From Thermoproteota archaeon (GTDB taxonomy: Archaea > Thermoproteota > Thermoprotei_A > Sulfolobales > Pyrodictiaceae): a stretch of DNA of 64,000 bases. Positions within the stretch are counted from its first letter, which is position 1; each line of letters opens with the position of its first letter. Positions 38,435-47,749 of this stretch are shown here, piece after piece. A program made the position numbers and the translations under genes. The notes under the pieces are model-generated. The model did no database searches and was not told the DNA's origin. It worked only from the letters and a program-made list of their open reading frames with translations. Where the stretch lies: assembly GCA_040514325.1 (NCBI GenBank), contig JBEVCG010000059.1, forward strand, positions 1,718 to 65,717, read 5' to 3'.

Positions 38435-39319
38435 TTGAGTTCAAGAGGATCTCTAGTTTTCGCAGACGGCCACCTTCATGTTAACCCCGTTAGGGGGCTG
38501 GGTGCTTCAGAGGTAGCCCGAAGGTTCGCCCGAGCTGGTGGGTGGTTTGCAGCCGTTGTCTCGCTGCCTCCCTGGCACTATGGCATAGACCCTGTCGAGG
38601 AGGAGCTCAAGGCGTACGAAAAGCTCCTCGAACATCATCTCCTTGAGTGCAAGCGCTTCAGGGAAGCTGGTGTAAAGACCGCCTGTATAGCCGGATTCCA
38701 TCCAGCTGAGGTCGACAGGCTAATCTCAATGGGTATGCCGCCGGAAAAGGTACTGGATCTTGGCACCAACGTGGTGCATATGCTGTATAAAGCCTGCAGA
38801 GAAGGAAAGCTGGATGGCATTGGAGAGGTTGGAAGGCAGCACTACAAGACAGCGCCTGAAAGGCTGGCGGTGGCCCTCGTTGTTGCGCTTGAGGCCGTCG
38901 AGCTTGCCGTAGAGGCAGGGTGCGTGGTGCACCTGCATCTTGAGAGCTACGGCGCGCTGACCGCCGACACCACCGACTACCTTATACGTAAAGTGCTGCA
39001 TAGCACTGCCACCCTTAAACGTGTGGTCTTCCACCACGCGAGCGTCAAGCTGGCCGCGCGAGCGGTTGAGCTGGGGTATTCTGCAACAGTGCCAGGCTTT
39101 GCTAAGGCCCTTGAGCAGGCTTTCAAGGCTATTGGGCCTAGGTTTGTGCCGGAGTCGGACTACATCGACGATACCAGGCGGGGATGCACCGTTCTTTGCC
39201 CATGGGAGCTTGTCCAGAATGAGCTCCATCTGCTAGAGCAAGGAGTTGTTGGTGAGGAAGAGCTTCTGAAGGTCAATGTAGACGAGGTGGTCAAGGTATA
39301 TGGTGTAGAGCCGCCCTAA
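38435..39319 (+). CDS. TatD-related TIM-barrel metal-dependent hydrolase (COG1099-like)
   Basis: 294-aa ORF with N-terminal FADGHLHVNP, IGEVGRQH and VHLHLE metal-ligand-like motifs. Non-ATG start. Confidence 0.65.
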   Translation: MSSRGSLVFADGHLHVNPVRGLGASEVARRFARAGGWFAAVVSLPPWHYGIDPVEEELKAYEKLLEHHLLECKRFREAGVKTACIAGFHPAEVDRLISMGMPPEKVLDLGTNVVHMLYKACREGKLDGIGEVGRQHYKTAPERLAVALVVALEAVELAVEAGCVVHLHLESYGALTADTTDYLIRKVLHSTATLKRVVFHHASVKLAARAVELGYSATVPGFAKALEQAFKAIGPRFVPESDYIDDTRRGCTVLCPWELVQNELHLLEQGVVGEEELLKVNVDEVVKVYGVEPP

Positions 39320-40680
39320 TCGCTACCACCTACGCTAAAAGCTATGTCGACAACCCTCAGCGCCTCGGCGCCGTCCAGCTTCGTCGTTACCAGGTACCTT
39401 TCCGATACAGCCCTTAGATCGGGGTTGTTACCGTTGATCATAACAGTGTGAAGGCGCGCCTTTGCCCTGCTGAGGCTTCGCCTTATCATCTCAGTTGCAA
39501 CCCTATCCTCTCCATCGGTTATGAGCACTATATCTGAAGGCCTCCTACCCCTGCTCCTCGATATTATGTCCTCAGCTGCCGTGATTATTGCCCGAGTTAT
39601 GTCGGTGCCGCCGTTAGCCCTAACTCGGGCAAGGTACTCTAGCATCTTTACAATGTCGCGACCATGCACCCGCTTAGAAAAGTAAAATGGAGGATAGGGT
39701 ATGCTGTCAAAGAACCTTATGTAGAACTCTCGGCCCTCTTTGACGGCTCTACGGGCAAGCGCGATTGTAACCGCCTTGGCCCAGAGGCTCTTCATCCCCA
39801 TCATGCTGCCGCTTTTATCCAGGAGCACGTAGAATGGGCCGTAGTCCTCCTTCACAACCTTACGATAAAGCAGAAGCTGCCTTTCAGCGAACTTGGCAAC
39901 GAAAAGCTCTTCCGGAAGAGCTAGCTCCGTCGGCACAACCCTTTCGAGATCGGATCCTATCTCGTAGCCGTCTAGCTCACCGCGGCTGCTTGGTTTCTTT
40001 CTGACGGCTATTTTAGAGTCAAGGTTCTCGATAGTTTTAAGGGCTTCAAGGATCATTCGGACATCGGAGTTCTTGGCCAGCTTGATTACCTCATCCACAG
40101 AATCATCCAAATTGAGCATAGAAGCGTTGCCAGCGCTAAACTTAGAAGCCAAACTTGTAATCTCATGAGTGCTTTCGGCTATCTCCTTGACTTCCTCCAA
40201 AGCCTTGTCGACGTAGTCTTTCAGCTTTTCCTCGCGCTGCTGAGCATCCTCGTTGCCCAGTGAGCCTGCATCGTTAGAATCCACGCCACCGCTCTGCTGG
40301 GAAAGAATCTTGGCAATGGCGTGCACCATTACTGCCGCCGCCACCATGCTCGAAACAGAGTCTGCCAACGTACTTCTTCGAGCTTCAATGAACTTTTTGG
40401 AGGAAACCATGGTTTTGAGTAGAGAGAGCTTTAGGAGTTCTCGCTCGTTATCCGCAGCGCCCTTATCTATAATAGGATATGGTAGGAAGAACGCGTAGTA
40501 AACGGAGGCCGCAAACTCCTCGTCGAGATCGCGTGGAATATCGTTTTCTCCCATAAGTTTTCTTGCTAGGGATAGAACCCGCTGTCCCCTGTATTTGACG
40601 GGAGGATCCTCGTAGTTAATTCCTCTCACTCGCGGCATGCTACATACCCAGCTTGTACGATATCTTGTCAAGCAACTCAT
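39316..40680 (-). CDS. von Willebrand factor A (VWA) domain protein, partner of the MoxR ATPase
   Basis: 454-aa ORF with MIDAS VLLDKSGSM (DxSxS) and ITDGED. The likely true start is the ATG at 40638, 1 nt after the MoxR stop. Confidence 0.8.
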   Translation of the reverse strand: MSCLTRYRTSWVCSMPRVRGINYEDPPVKYRGQRVLSLARKLMGENDIPRDLDEEFAASVYYAFFLPYPIIDKGAADNERELLKLSLLKTMVSSKKFIEARRSTLADSVSSMVAAAVMVHAIAKILSQQSGGVDSNDAGSLGNEDAQQREEKLKDYVDKALEEVKEIAESTHEITSLASKFSAGNASMLNLDDSVDEVIKLAKNSDVRMILEALKTIENLDSKIAVRKKPSSRGELDGYEIGSDLERVVPTELALPEELFVAKFAERQLLLYRKVVKEDYGPFYVLLDKSGSMMGMKSLWAKAVTIALARRAVKEGREFYIRFFDSIPYPPFYFSKRVHGRDIVKMLEYLARVRANGGTDITRAIITAAEDIISRSRGRRPSDIVLITDGEDRVATEMIRRSLSRAKARLHTVMINGNNPDLRAVSERYLVTTKLDGAEALRVVDIAFSVGGSD

Positions 40681-41809
40681 CTATCTCTCTAAGGACACTC
40701 TCCGCTAAGGCTTGAACCTGTCTATCTTCAGTTTCTTGCATCATTGTAAGTATTCTGCTTTTAGCTATCTTCAGGCTTCTGAAGAGGTCGACCAGCCTCG
40801 GATCATAGCTTCTCATTGCCTCTACAAGTCTTGCCGCTTCGCGCACATTGGAGCGTATGTCTTTTAGCTCCCTGATGTACCTCTCCGGCATCCTTAGCTC
40901 CTCAGATAGTATGATGTTTATCTTGTCGAAGTCTTCCAGCTCGCGTGGAGCAATATACTTTAGCACGGTTAGATCCCGTTCTTCCGCCTTCATTCTGCCC
41001 TCAAGGAGAGCGTGGGCGGCCACAACCTTCTGAGCCTTTGCCTTCCTTCTGTCTGTTAGGTGTATACCCCTCTCTTCTAGGACAGCGAGTATCCTAAGAA
41101 GCTTAGGCTTAACACTGGCTATGTCGACTTCAAACACCATCTTATGCAACGTTCTTATTTCGTTCATGGTGAGTATAGGAGAGGGCTTCTCAACAAGACC
41201 CGCTTCAAGTCTCCATCCAGCATCTAGCAGTTGGGACCACATGCTCTCGGGGAGAGGGCGCGCATATTGCCTTATGAGAAATCTATCGTAAATCGCCTCC
41301 AGCTCCGGCTCCTCTGGAACGCGGTTTGAGGCTCCTATAAGCGTCCACAACGGAACCTTGATCTCTGTATATCCGTCATACCACACCCGCTCCTGCATTA
41401 TGCTTAGCATAGCATTTAGAACGGCCGAGTTGGCATTGAACACTTCGTCGAGGAACACCACCTCGGCCTCTGGCAGCTTGCCATGCGTTATACGAACATA
41501 CTTGCCCTCTCTGAGCGATTTCAGGTCGAGAGGGCCGAAGAGCTCGCTTGGCTCTGTGTACTTTGTTAGAAGGTATTTGAAAAAGCGTGCATTTATCAAG
41601 TCGGCCGCACGGCGCGCTAGGGCAGACTTTGCCGTTCCCGGCTCACCCAGCAGGATTACGTGCTCGCCAACAAGAATCGACAATGTTATAGCCTTTGCCT
41701 CATCCTCTCTCCCCACGAACGGCTCTAGAAGCTTCTTGTAGAACTCTGATAGCTTTGCGAGGAGGCTGCGAGTCTCCCACGTTAGCTGCTTGCTTTCCTG
41801 TTGGACCAT
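40640..41809 (-). CDS. MoxR/RavA-like AAA+ ATPase
   Basis: 389-aa ORF with Walker A GEPGTAKS, Walker B VVFLDEV and the sensor segment NAMLSIMQER. Confidence 0.85.
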   Translation of the reverse strand: MVQQESKQLTWETRSLLAKLSEFYKKLLEPFVGREDEAKAITLSILVGEHVILLGEPGTAKSALARRAADLINARFFKYLLTKYTEPSELFGPLDLKSLREGKYVRITHGKLPEAEVVFLDEVFNANSAVLNAMLSIMQERVWYDGYTEIKVPLWTLIGASNRVPEEPELEAIYDRFLIRQYARPLPESMWSQLLDAGWRLEAGLVEKPSPILTMNEIRTLHKMVFEVDIASVKPKLLRILAVLEERGIHLTDRRKAKAQKVVAAHALLEGRMKAEERDLTVLKYIAPRELEDFDKINIILSEELRMPERYIRELKDIRSNVREAARLVEAMRSYDPRLVDLFRSLKIAKSRILTMMQETEDRQVQALAESVLREIDELLDKISYKLGM

Positions 41810-41885
41810 ACCGCTCCAGAGCCCCAGGTAAGTCTGCTGCGCTTCCCTGGTGATATATTTAGTGGCGTAAGGGTACCATAAATGT

Positions 41886-41947
41886 AGGATGACGAGCCCG
41901 GTTTTCAGCTGAGTGCTTGCAGTGACGAGGAGTTGCTCTGCTGACAG
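41886..41947 (+). ncRNA. box C/D sRNA candidate (UGACGA-type boxes)
   Basis: AUGACGA (C, 41889-41895), 13 nt, CUGA (41909-41912), 9 nt, GUGACGA (C', 41922-41928), 12 nt, CUGA (D, 41941-41944). An ATATATTT box lies about 25 nt upstream. Confidence 0.4.
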
Positions 41948-42174
41948 CGGGAGCTTACGCTTAAAACTAGAGGATTCCAGCCAAGCTACAGCCCGCTTTG
42001 TCTAGCGTAACGGGTCAGCAACCGGTGCAGTCGTCACCTGTCTGGAGACGGGAGTTCTCTTCATACCCAAGGCCGAAGTAGGGAAGGCTACTATTTTAAA
42101 GCCTCCATATTACTACTTAAGATCCCAAATCTACGGGAAGCTAGCAGCTAGACCATGTTGTCCGTACACTCCGT

Positions 42175-42247
42175 AGCGGAATGACGATAATTGCACGTCG
42201 CTGAGCACGCAGGTTGGCATGAAGACCCTCCACCGGGGCTGACCGCT
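42175..42247 (+). ncRNA. box C/D sRNA candidate with terminal stem
   Basis: Terminal stem AGCGG (42175-42179) / CCGCU (42243-42247). AUGACGA (C, 42181-42187), 13 nt, CUGA (42201-42204), 14 nt, AUGAAGA (C', 42219-42225), 13 nt, CUGA (D, 42239-42242). Confidence 0.55.
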
Positions 42248-42323
42248 TCTCGTTTAGACAGCCGTTGATCCTTCATAGCCTTAAATAGGCTGCAGCACGA
42301 GAGATACACGCGGGCTGCACGGC

Positions 42324-42704
42324 TTGACGCAGATTAGTTCTGATACTAGGCGGATAGCTGAATGTATACGCTACATTGCAGAGGAACCCTACATCGTCCT
42401 AGTAAATGCCTGCGATGAGGCATTTAACGTGCGCTTTATTGATGTGGAATACACCATAGCTGTAAGGTCCGAGACCACCCCGGAAGACAAACGCGGGATG
42501 GAGCATGCTGCTCGTAAAAGGATAACCGAGAGAGTGCGCGTCGATAAGAAGCTTCAGCCTGGCACCAAGCTAAGCCTTTACTTCGGCCCGACAAGAAACA
42601 TAGAGGAGGTCTACGTGGTTGTGGATTATGGAAGGGGCCAGTATCGCGTGAAGGTCAGACAAGAGGTAAAAGAGGATGAGAATAAGGAGGGAGGCAAAGC
42701 GTAG
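42324..42704 (+). CDS. hypothetical protein
   Basis: 126-aa ORF with a TTG start and a Lys/Glu-rich C-terminus. No motif recognised. Confidence 0.4.
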   Translation: MTQISSDTRRIAECIRYIAEEPYIVLVNACDEAFNVRFIDVEYTIAVRSETTPEDKRGMEHAARKRITERVRVDKKLQPGTKLSLYFGPTRNIEEVYVVVDYGRGQYRVKVRQEVKEDENKEGGKA

Positions 42705-42822
42705 CTTTCTCGAGGCTCTACAGCAAGAAGTCAGCCCCATTACACTGCCAGCGTTGCTATAGTACCGTGAAGCTGGCTGGGAAACCGCCTAATGATGTAG
42801 ACAGGGCGCGTTGCCTAACGTT

Positions 42823-43191
42823 TTATGCCATGTTCGTCCTTGACTGACCTTTTCCGTGTCTCTCAGCATAGTTCTCCAAAAGGTCTGCCGCCCGCGATAC
42901 AACCCCCCTAACGCACCTTGATGTGCACTCCCGCACACACTCTTCATCTGAGCCGCATCCTTCGTCGTAGATGCAGCGAGACCTGCACTGATTCTCTTTA
43001 GGCACAACAACGTATATGTTGTACCTGGAACCAGCCCTAACGACATCAAAGGCTAGAGAGAGCTTTAGGCTGCTCAATAAGCGCATCACAGCGTTCCTAC
43101 TATCTACACCGTCCTGGAACACAAAGGCACCAAACCTCCTCAAAGACTGAGCCATTCTACGCGCTAATAATGCTAGATCGGGCTCCTTCAC
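42823..43191 (-). CDS. hypothetical Cys-rich protein
   Basis: 122-aa ORF with six Cys in 30 aa (CRSRCIYDEGCGSDEECVRECTSRC). No family recognised. Confidence 0.4.
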   Translation of the reverse strand: MKEPDLALLARRMAQSLRRFGAFVFQDGVDSRNAVMRLLSSLKLSLAFDVVRAGSRYNIYVVVPKENQCRSRCIYDEGCGSDEECVRECTSRCVRGVVSRAADLLENYAERHGKGQSRTNMA

Positions 43192-43592
43192 GCTTTCAGC
43201 CCCGCTGTGGTTTTAGTTTCTACACCAAGAGTAGTTATGGGGTTTGGTCGTTGTGTTCAAGCTACGGCTGCATGGACTGCATTGCCAGCGTGGGAGCGTC
43301 AGCGGTAGCGATTGCTGTACCTCTCCGCTTGTTTGGCAGACGGATCATAGATACCACATGCGAGGCTTCTCCTAAGGCATGTCAAGCCCTGAGAGCTACC
43401 TTCAAGATAGCTTACGGAGGCCTCGTTGTAGCTCTAGCCATCGCCCTTCTTAGGGCATTGCTGTGTACGGCCGGGTAGCAGTGCATGAACACCTAAGGCA
43501 TCAAGCTTAATAGCTAACATCATCTCTGTGAAACGTGAATTGAGTGGTATGGTCACCGCTTCAGAGCTTGGCCAATGACATGGTGTTAGGCT

Positions 43593-43853
43593 TTGACCAG
43601 AGTACGTATACCCGTGCCGCACCTTGAAGGACTAGCTGCTGTGGGCAAGCTGCAAAGCTTCAGAGTAGAGGACTGCCCCGTTCCTGGCCGCAAGAAAATC
43701 GTAGCTGTATCAAATGATGGAAACCTCTACGAGACGAAATGCCTCGATGAGCGCAGCGTGAAACACGTTGTATTATTCCTAAACATTTCAAAAAACCTTT
43801 CCCGACTTCAAGTCCAGAGCGGCAACACAGAAAAAGGAGAAGACGAGCTGTGA
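43593..43853 (+). CDS. hypothetical small protein
   Basis: 86-aa ORF ending 3 nt before the His-rich ORF start. Non-ATG start. No motif recognised. Confidence 0.3.
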   Translation: MTRVRIPVPHLEGLAAVGKLQSFRVEDCPVPGRKKIVAVSNDGNLYETKCLDERSVKHVVLFLNISKNLSRLQVQSGNTEKGEDEL

Positions 43854-43856
43854 AAG

Positions 43857-44234
43857 ATGAACGCACACGGTGGAGAGACCATGGGTAGAAAGATGAGAAT
43901 GACCTTGCCCAAGAAGGAGCAGGACTTAGAGAAGGTGGTCAAGGAGGTACAGTCTGTAGAACATGAGCACCATCACCACCACCATCACCACGAGGAGGGG
44001 CTTGACGAGCTTCTGCATACAATAGATGTTCTCCTTGATACAATGAATTCGAGGATAACTGACCTCGAAGAAAAGATGGAGTTCCTGCGTGATGAAGTTA
44101 AACTCGTATACAAGTTGCTCTCGCTAGCTGTTAAAGGGATAGTCGCCGAGAGCAGCACAGAGAAGGAAAAGATTTTGAACGAGATGGTGGCCCTGCTAGA
44201 ATCTGGCAGCAAAACTAAGAAAGCAAATAATTAA
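43857..44234 (+). CDS. His-tract coiled-coil protein (hypothetical, possible metal-binding)
   Basis: 125-aa ORF containing EHEHHHHHHHHEEG (eight consecutive His encoded at about 43959-43997), followed by heptad-like helical sequence. Confidence 0.6.
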   Translation: MNAHGGETMGRKMRMTLPKKEQDLEKVVKEVQSVEHEHHHHHHHHEEGLDELLHTIDVLLDTMNSRITDLEEKMEFLRDEVKLVYKLLSLAVKGIVAESSTEKEKILNEMVALLESGSKTKKANN

Positions 44235-44245
44235 TAATTACAAAA

Positions 44246-45349
44246 TCATGATATCGGCATCAGATATGTGGGAAGCCGTGACTCTCTAGGGCCTATGGCT
44301 ATTGCATCTACCTTCTCATCGCCAACCGAAACGGATGCTGCCACACCCCTCACGTAAAAACGGCCACCGGCAAAGAGGCGTGGAACGTAGAAGCCATCGT
44401 ATACCACCACAGCTGTTCCGTGAGTATCCCAAGCCAAATGTGGATAATCGCCCAGTGATCGCTGGTAGGGTTCTATGCTTACAATGCGCTCTACTACTTG
44501 TCCGGTTACCTCAAATACCCGGCGCTCTGGGAGCTTGCGCAGCTCCACGTCCGATATAGAGAGGGAGAACACCCTCTCTCCGATCTTAAATCTCCGCCAC
44601 TTCACGTAGTGTGCCACGATTACTTCTAGCGGGACTCCTCTGGCAGCAGCTTCCCTTTCTAGCCAGTGCTGCACAAAATCAAGACCGCCTTCAGGGACAA
44701 AGGCGTTCAGCGCGTCAACCACAGCGTAGCAATGCGGCTTGGATACGTCCAGCACCAAATCGACATCAGAGTAGGCCTTCAGGGAACCCATTAGAAGAGA
44801 CCCTGTCACATAGATGCAGCTGGTAAATTTACCTCCTAGGAAAGACACCAAGACCTCAAGCTCTGGAACGACATCGACCAGTCGTGGCAAATGTTGTGCT
44901 GCTAGGAGTGGGTCACAGTGCACAGCAGGTTTCCCGGAGGCCTTGTAGAGCTTCAACTTTATACCATACTGTGGAACATCCTCTGAGAACAAATCGACCT
45001 TGGCGAGGGCCGCATGAACCTCAAGCGTGGAGTAGCTTCCAATTAGCCTCCTGGTGCTTCCCTCAACCAGTGCCAGCACAGCATAAGGGTCAGGCCCAAG
45101 GTACTTTGGTATGACTACCCAAAGGCCATAGCCAAGGTTTCTCACAAGTGTATAAGCTGTCGACGTCTCCTCGTCAACCACGATAGAATGAGGCTGCAGT
45201 CTCGCATCTGCATCTACATGCTGCATTCTAGCGCACCAAGGAGGAGAGAACCACACCATTAGCGGGTTCCCAGTATGCAAACTGGAGACTCCCAAAGCTT
45301 GCTCCCTTAATGCCCTTTTAGTCTGTTTAGATGATAAGCCAAGAAACAC
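44246..45349 (-). CDS. Pol-beta-superfamily nucleotidyltransferase-fold protein with C-terminal beta-rich domain
   Basis: 367-aa ORF. The central VTGSLLMGSLKAYSDVDLVLDV matches the GS-x(9-10)-DxD minimal nucleotidyltransferase signature. The true start may be an internal Met (MVWF or MQHV). Confidence 0.55.
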   Translation of the reverse strand: MFLGLSSKQTKRALREQALGVSSLHTGNPLMVWFSPPWCARMQHVDADARLQPHSIVVDEETSTAYTLVRNLGYGLWVVIPKYLGPDPYAVLALVEGSTRRLIGSYSTLEVHAALAKVDLFSEDVPQYGIKLKLYKASGKPAVHCDPLLAAQHLPRLVDVVPELEVLVSFLGGKFTSCIYVTGSLLMGSLKAYSDVDLVLDVSKPHCYAVVDALNAFVPEGGLDFVQHWLEREAAARGVPLEVIVAHYVKWRRFKIGERVFSLSISDVELRKLPERRVFEVTGQVVERIVSIEPYQRSLGDYPHLAWDTHGTAVVVYDGFYVPRLFAGGRFYVRGVAASVSVGDEKVDAIAIGPRESRLPTYLMPIS

Positions 45350-45541
45350 TGCAACCGGTTAGAGTAGGCCACCGGGTGAAGACCGCTTCGATTTCAAACT
45401 AAGGAACAGTTTCAAACTCTAATCGTAAAAACTAACACAAGTTACAGCCACAAAGAACAGCACCCCATAATCTTATGCATAATCTCATTAACGATACCAA
45501 GATATTTTGTCAAGGCAGGTATACCCGGAGGCAGGGGCACC

Positions 45542-46513
45542 TTGAATACAGAAGTGGCAAGCGGCAAACCAAGGCGGATGCTCCCGAGGAGGGGCTTAGT
45601 CATACGACCCTTTGACCCCTGGTCCAGCCCTCTATGCACGTGTCCTGTTAAATATTCTCTGAACCCCTACACGGGTTGTAGCCACTTCTGCACCTACTGT
45701 TATGCTACAAGCTATATCGGGCGTAGGCCCAGCACGCCTAAGAAGGACATCATCGAGAAAGTGTTAGCCGATCTCAAGAAGCTGGATCCACGTTTCCACA
45801 TAGACATGTCAACAAGCAGTGACCCTTACCCTCCAGAAGAGGAGAGATTCAAAATCACACACAAGATTCTCAGTATGATAGGTCCCCTAGGCTACAGAGT
45901 GCTGATAATAACAAAGGGTAGCCTCGTTGCGAGGGACGTTGACATAATATCGCAGAGCAACGTAGCCGTAACGATAACCATTACCACGATAGAGAGAGAT
46001 ATTGCCAGGAGGCTCGAGGTGGGAGCACCTTTACCTGAAGAGCGCCTCTCAGCCATGAGAAGGCTAAGCGAGGCAGGAGTTCCGGTTGGACTTCGCCTTG
46101 ATCCCATTCTTCCATACTTGACAGACGACGAGAAGATGATCCGGGAGCTCCTTGAAGCCGCAAGGGAGGCTGGCTCACAGTTTGTGGTTACATCGGTGTA
46201 CAAGGCGCGACCTGACAACCTCAGGCGCGTCACAAAGGCTTTTCCCGAGCTTACAAGCAGGTACGAGGTGATATACAAGAAAGAGGGCAGATGGATGCAT
46301 GGCTACTGGTATGCACCGGCTAACCTTAGAAGACGGATCCTGGAGCTCGTACGCAGAGAGGCCGTTAAGCTCGGAATGGAATTTGCAACGTGCCGGGAGG
46401 GCTTCCCCGACATGAATACCGCTCCCACATGCGACGGTTCGCATCTGATACCGTCCAGGATAAGCCCCAAGCTTGCACTACAAGCTAGAGTAAGCAACTA
46501 CTTATACGATTAA
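45542..46513 (+). CDS. radical SAM protein, SplB-like (COG1533 DNA repair photolyase family)
   Basis: 323-aa ORF with YTGCSHFCTYCYA (CxxxCxxC) close to the N-terminus, the family-typical layout. Non-ATG start. Confidence 0.75.
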   Translation: MNTEVASGKPRRMLPRRGLVIRPFDPWSSPLCTCPVKYSLNPYTGCSHFCTYCYATSYIGRRPSTPKKDIIEKVLADLKKLDPRFHIDMSTSSDPYPPEEERFKITHKILSMIGPLGYRVLIITKGSLVARDVDIISQSNVAVTITITTIERDIARRLEVGAPLPEERLSAMRRLSEAGVPVGLRLDPILPYLTDDEKMIRELLEAAREAGSQFVVTSVYKARPDNLRRVTKAFPELTSRYEVIYKKEGRWMHGYWYAPANLRRRILELVRREAVKLGMEFATCREGFPDMNTAPTCDGSHLIPSRISPKLALQARVSNYLYD

Positions 46514-46554
46514 TGTCAGATGTCAGCATAGGGAGTTGACTGCCTGCAGCTCTT

Positions 46555-46896
46555 TCAGCGCATTATCCGTCTTAAACCGTTTGCAAGCCTTTTGACCTGG
46601 CTTACAACAAGAGCTGGAGGAGGCCACACCTTCACATCAACCTTACCTTTGCATACATTGCATATGCGTACTACTGGCGAAACCTGGACGGAACACTCCT
46701 CGCAAACGGGCCCTCCACAGACAGCACAGCTGGCCACAGATAGTCGCAACCCACAGACGCTGCACAGACTTTCTCTGCAAACTGAACACAGACCCTGCGA
46801 GCTGAAGTGCCTGCTGCACACTTTTCTCTTGCACAACTTGCATGTGTAGAGACCCAGTTCCTCTCTCCCGCAAAGTTCACATCCAACCAGAAGCAA
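46555..46896 (-). CDS. multi-CxxC zinc-binding protein (hypothetical)
   Basis: 113-aa ORF with about eight CxxC/CxxH pairs in the first 82 aa, potentially four zinc sites. Confidence 0.55.
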   Translation of the reverse strand: MLLVGCELCGREELGLYTCKLCKRKVCSRHFSSQGLCSVCRESLCSVCGLRLSVASCAVCGGPVCEECSVQVSPVVRICNVCKGKVDVKVWPPPALVVSQVKRLANGLRRIMR

Positions 46897-46908
46897 ACAC
46901 CCCTTGGC

Positions 46909-47427
46909 TCACTCTTCCTCTTCTTCCTCCTCTCCCTCCTCTGGAGCTGATACCTCCTCTTCCCCCTCCTCTTCGCCTATGACGTGTCTTTTACGGACTT
47001 GGAGCTGCTGAACTATCTCTTCAGCCCTTCTTGCCATCTTCTCAGCATTCTTAGAGGAGCGGGCATGTATCTTGGCAACATACATGTCATCGTTCAGAGG
47101 CTCTATGAGCACAACGGCGTCGCCGCTTTCAACATGAAGCCGCGCAGCAAAGCGGGTAGCCTTTGAAGCAGGGACAAGGACCTCTTTTACGTACCTGTAA
47201 CCCTTCACGGAGGGCTTGGAAACGCTCACGGCAACTATTCCATACGGCGACGAAGCAGCCCTTCTCGACTTTCTCTTTCTGCCACCCTGCTTTATAGCGT
47301 AAACTTCCTTGACAAGGAGCCAGCCATCACCGTGTTTAATGTACACCTTCAACTTTCTCAGACCTCTGCTAAACGATTTCGGAACCAGAGTAATATATGT
47401 GCTCAAACTAGAGGGCCAGAACACCAA
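46909..47427 (-). CDS. hypothetical protein with poly-Glu tail
   Basis: 172-aa ORF with a basic core and a C-terminal EEEGEEEVSAPEEGEEEEEEE. It overlaps the upstream ORF by 20 nt. Confidence 0.5.
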   Translation of the reverse strand: MVFWPSSLSTYITLVPKSFSRGLRKLKVYIKHGDGWLLVKEVYAIKQGGRKRKSRRAASSPYGIVAVSVSKPSVKGYRYVKEVLVPASKATRFAARLHVESGDAVVLIEPLNDDMYVAKIHARSSKNAEKMARRAEEIVQQLQVRKRHVIGEEEGEEEVSAPEEGEEEEEEE

Positions 47428-47749
47428 GCCTATCCGATATTACACCCCTCCTTGCCAGATTCTCGTATGTTCTCCAAATCCTCCTAACAGTAACAAACTT
47501 GACGTTAAACCCTTGGCTGCTTAGGAAGTCAAGAACCGCCTCCGGAAACTCGTCGGGGGTTCCTTGGAAGCCCCGAAGTACAGTTACTACCGCATTGACA
47601 ACATCCCGCGATGTTGGGTAGGGCTTCCGCCTGTATTTCTTCCGCTTACCTTCGCCATCATATGATGCTGCCTGCCTCACCTCCTCTAGAACGTCCTCTG
47701 GTACGTAATCAAGGGGGTCGCCACCTTCCGACTCAACCACGGCGCTCAA
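47408..47749 (-). CDS. hypothetical protein
   Basis: 113-aa ORF whose start overlaps the NMD3-like stop by 4 nt. No motif recognised. Confidence 0.45.
   Translation of the reverse strand: MSAVVESEGGDPLDYVPEDVLEEVRQAASYDGEGKRKKYRRKPYPTSRDVVNAVVTVLRGFQGTPDEFPEAVLDFLSSQGFNVKFVTVRRIWRTYENLARRGVISDRLGVLAL

Noticed and set aside
43170-43622. 102-aa plus-strand and 62-aa minus-strand ORFs
   Set aside because: They overlap each other and the neighbouring Cys-rich gene. Composition is atypical and there are no motifs. They are mentioned only as part of the poorly coding stretch in the orphan block.
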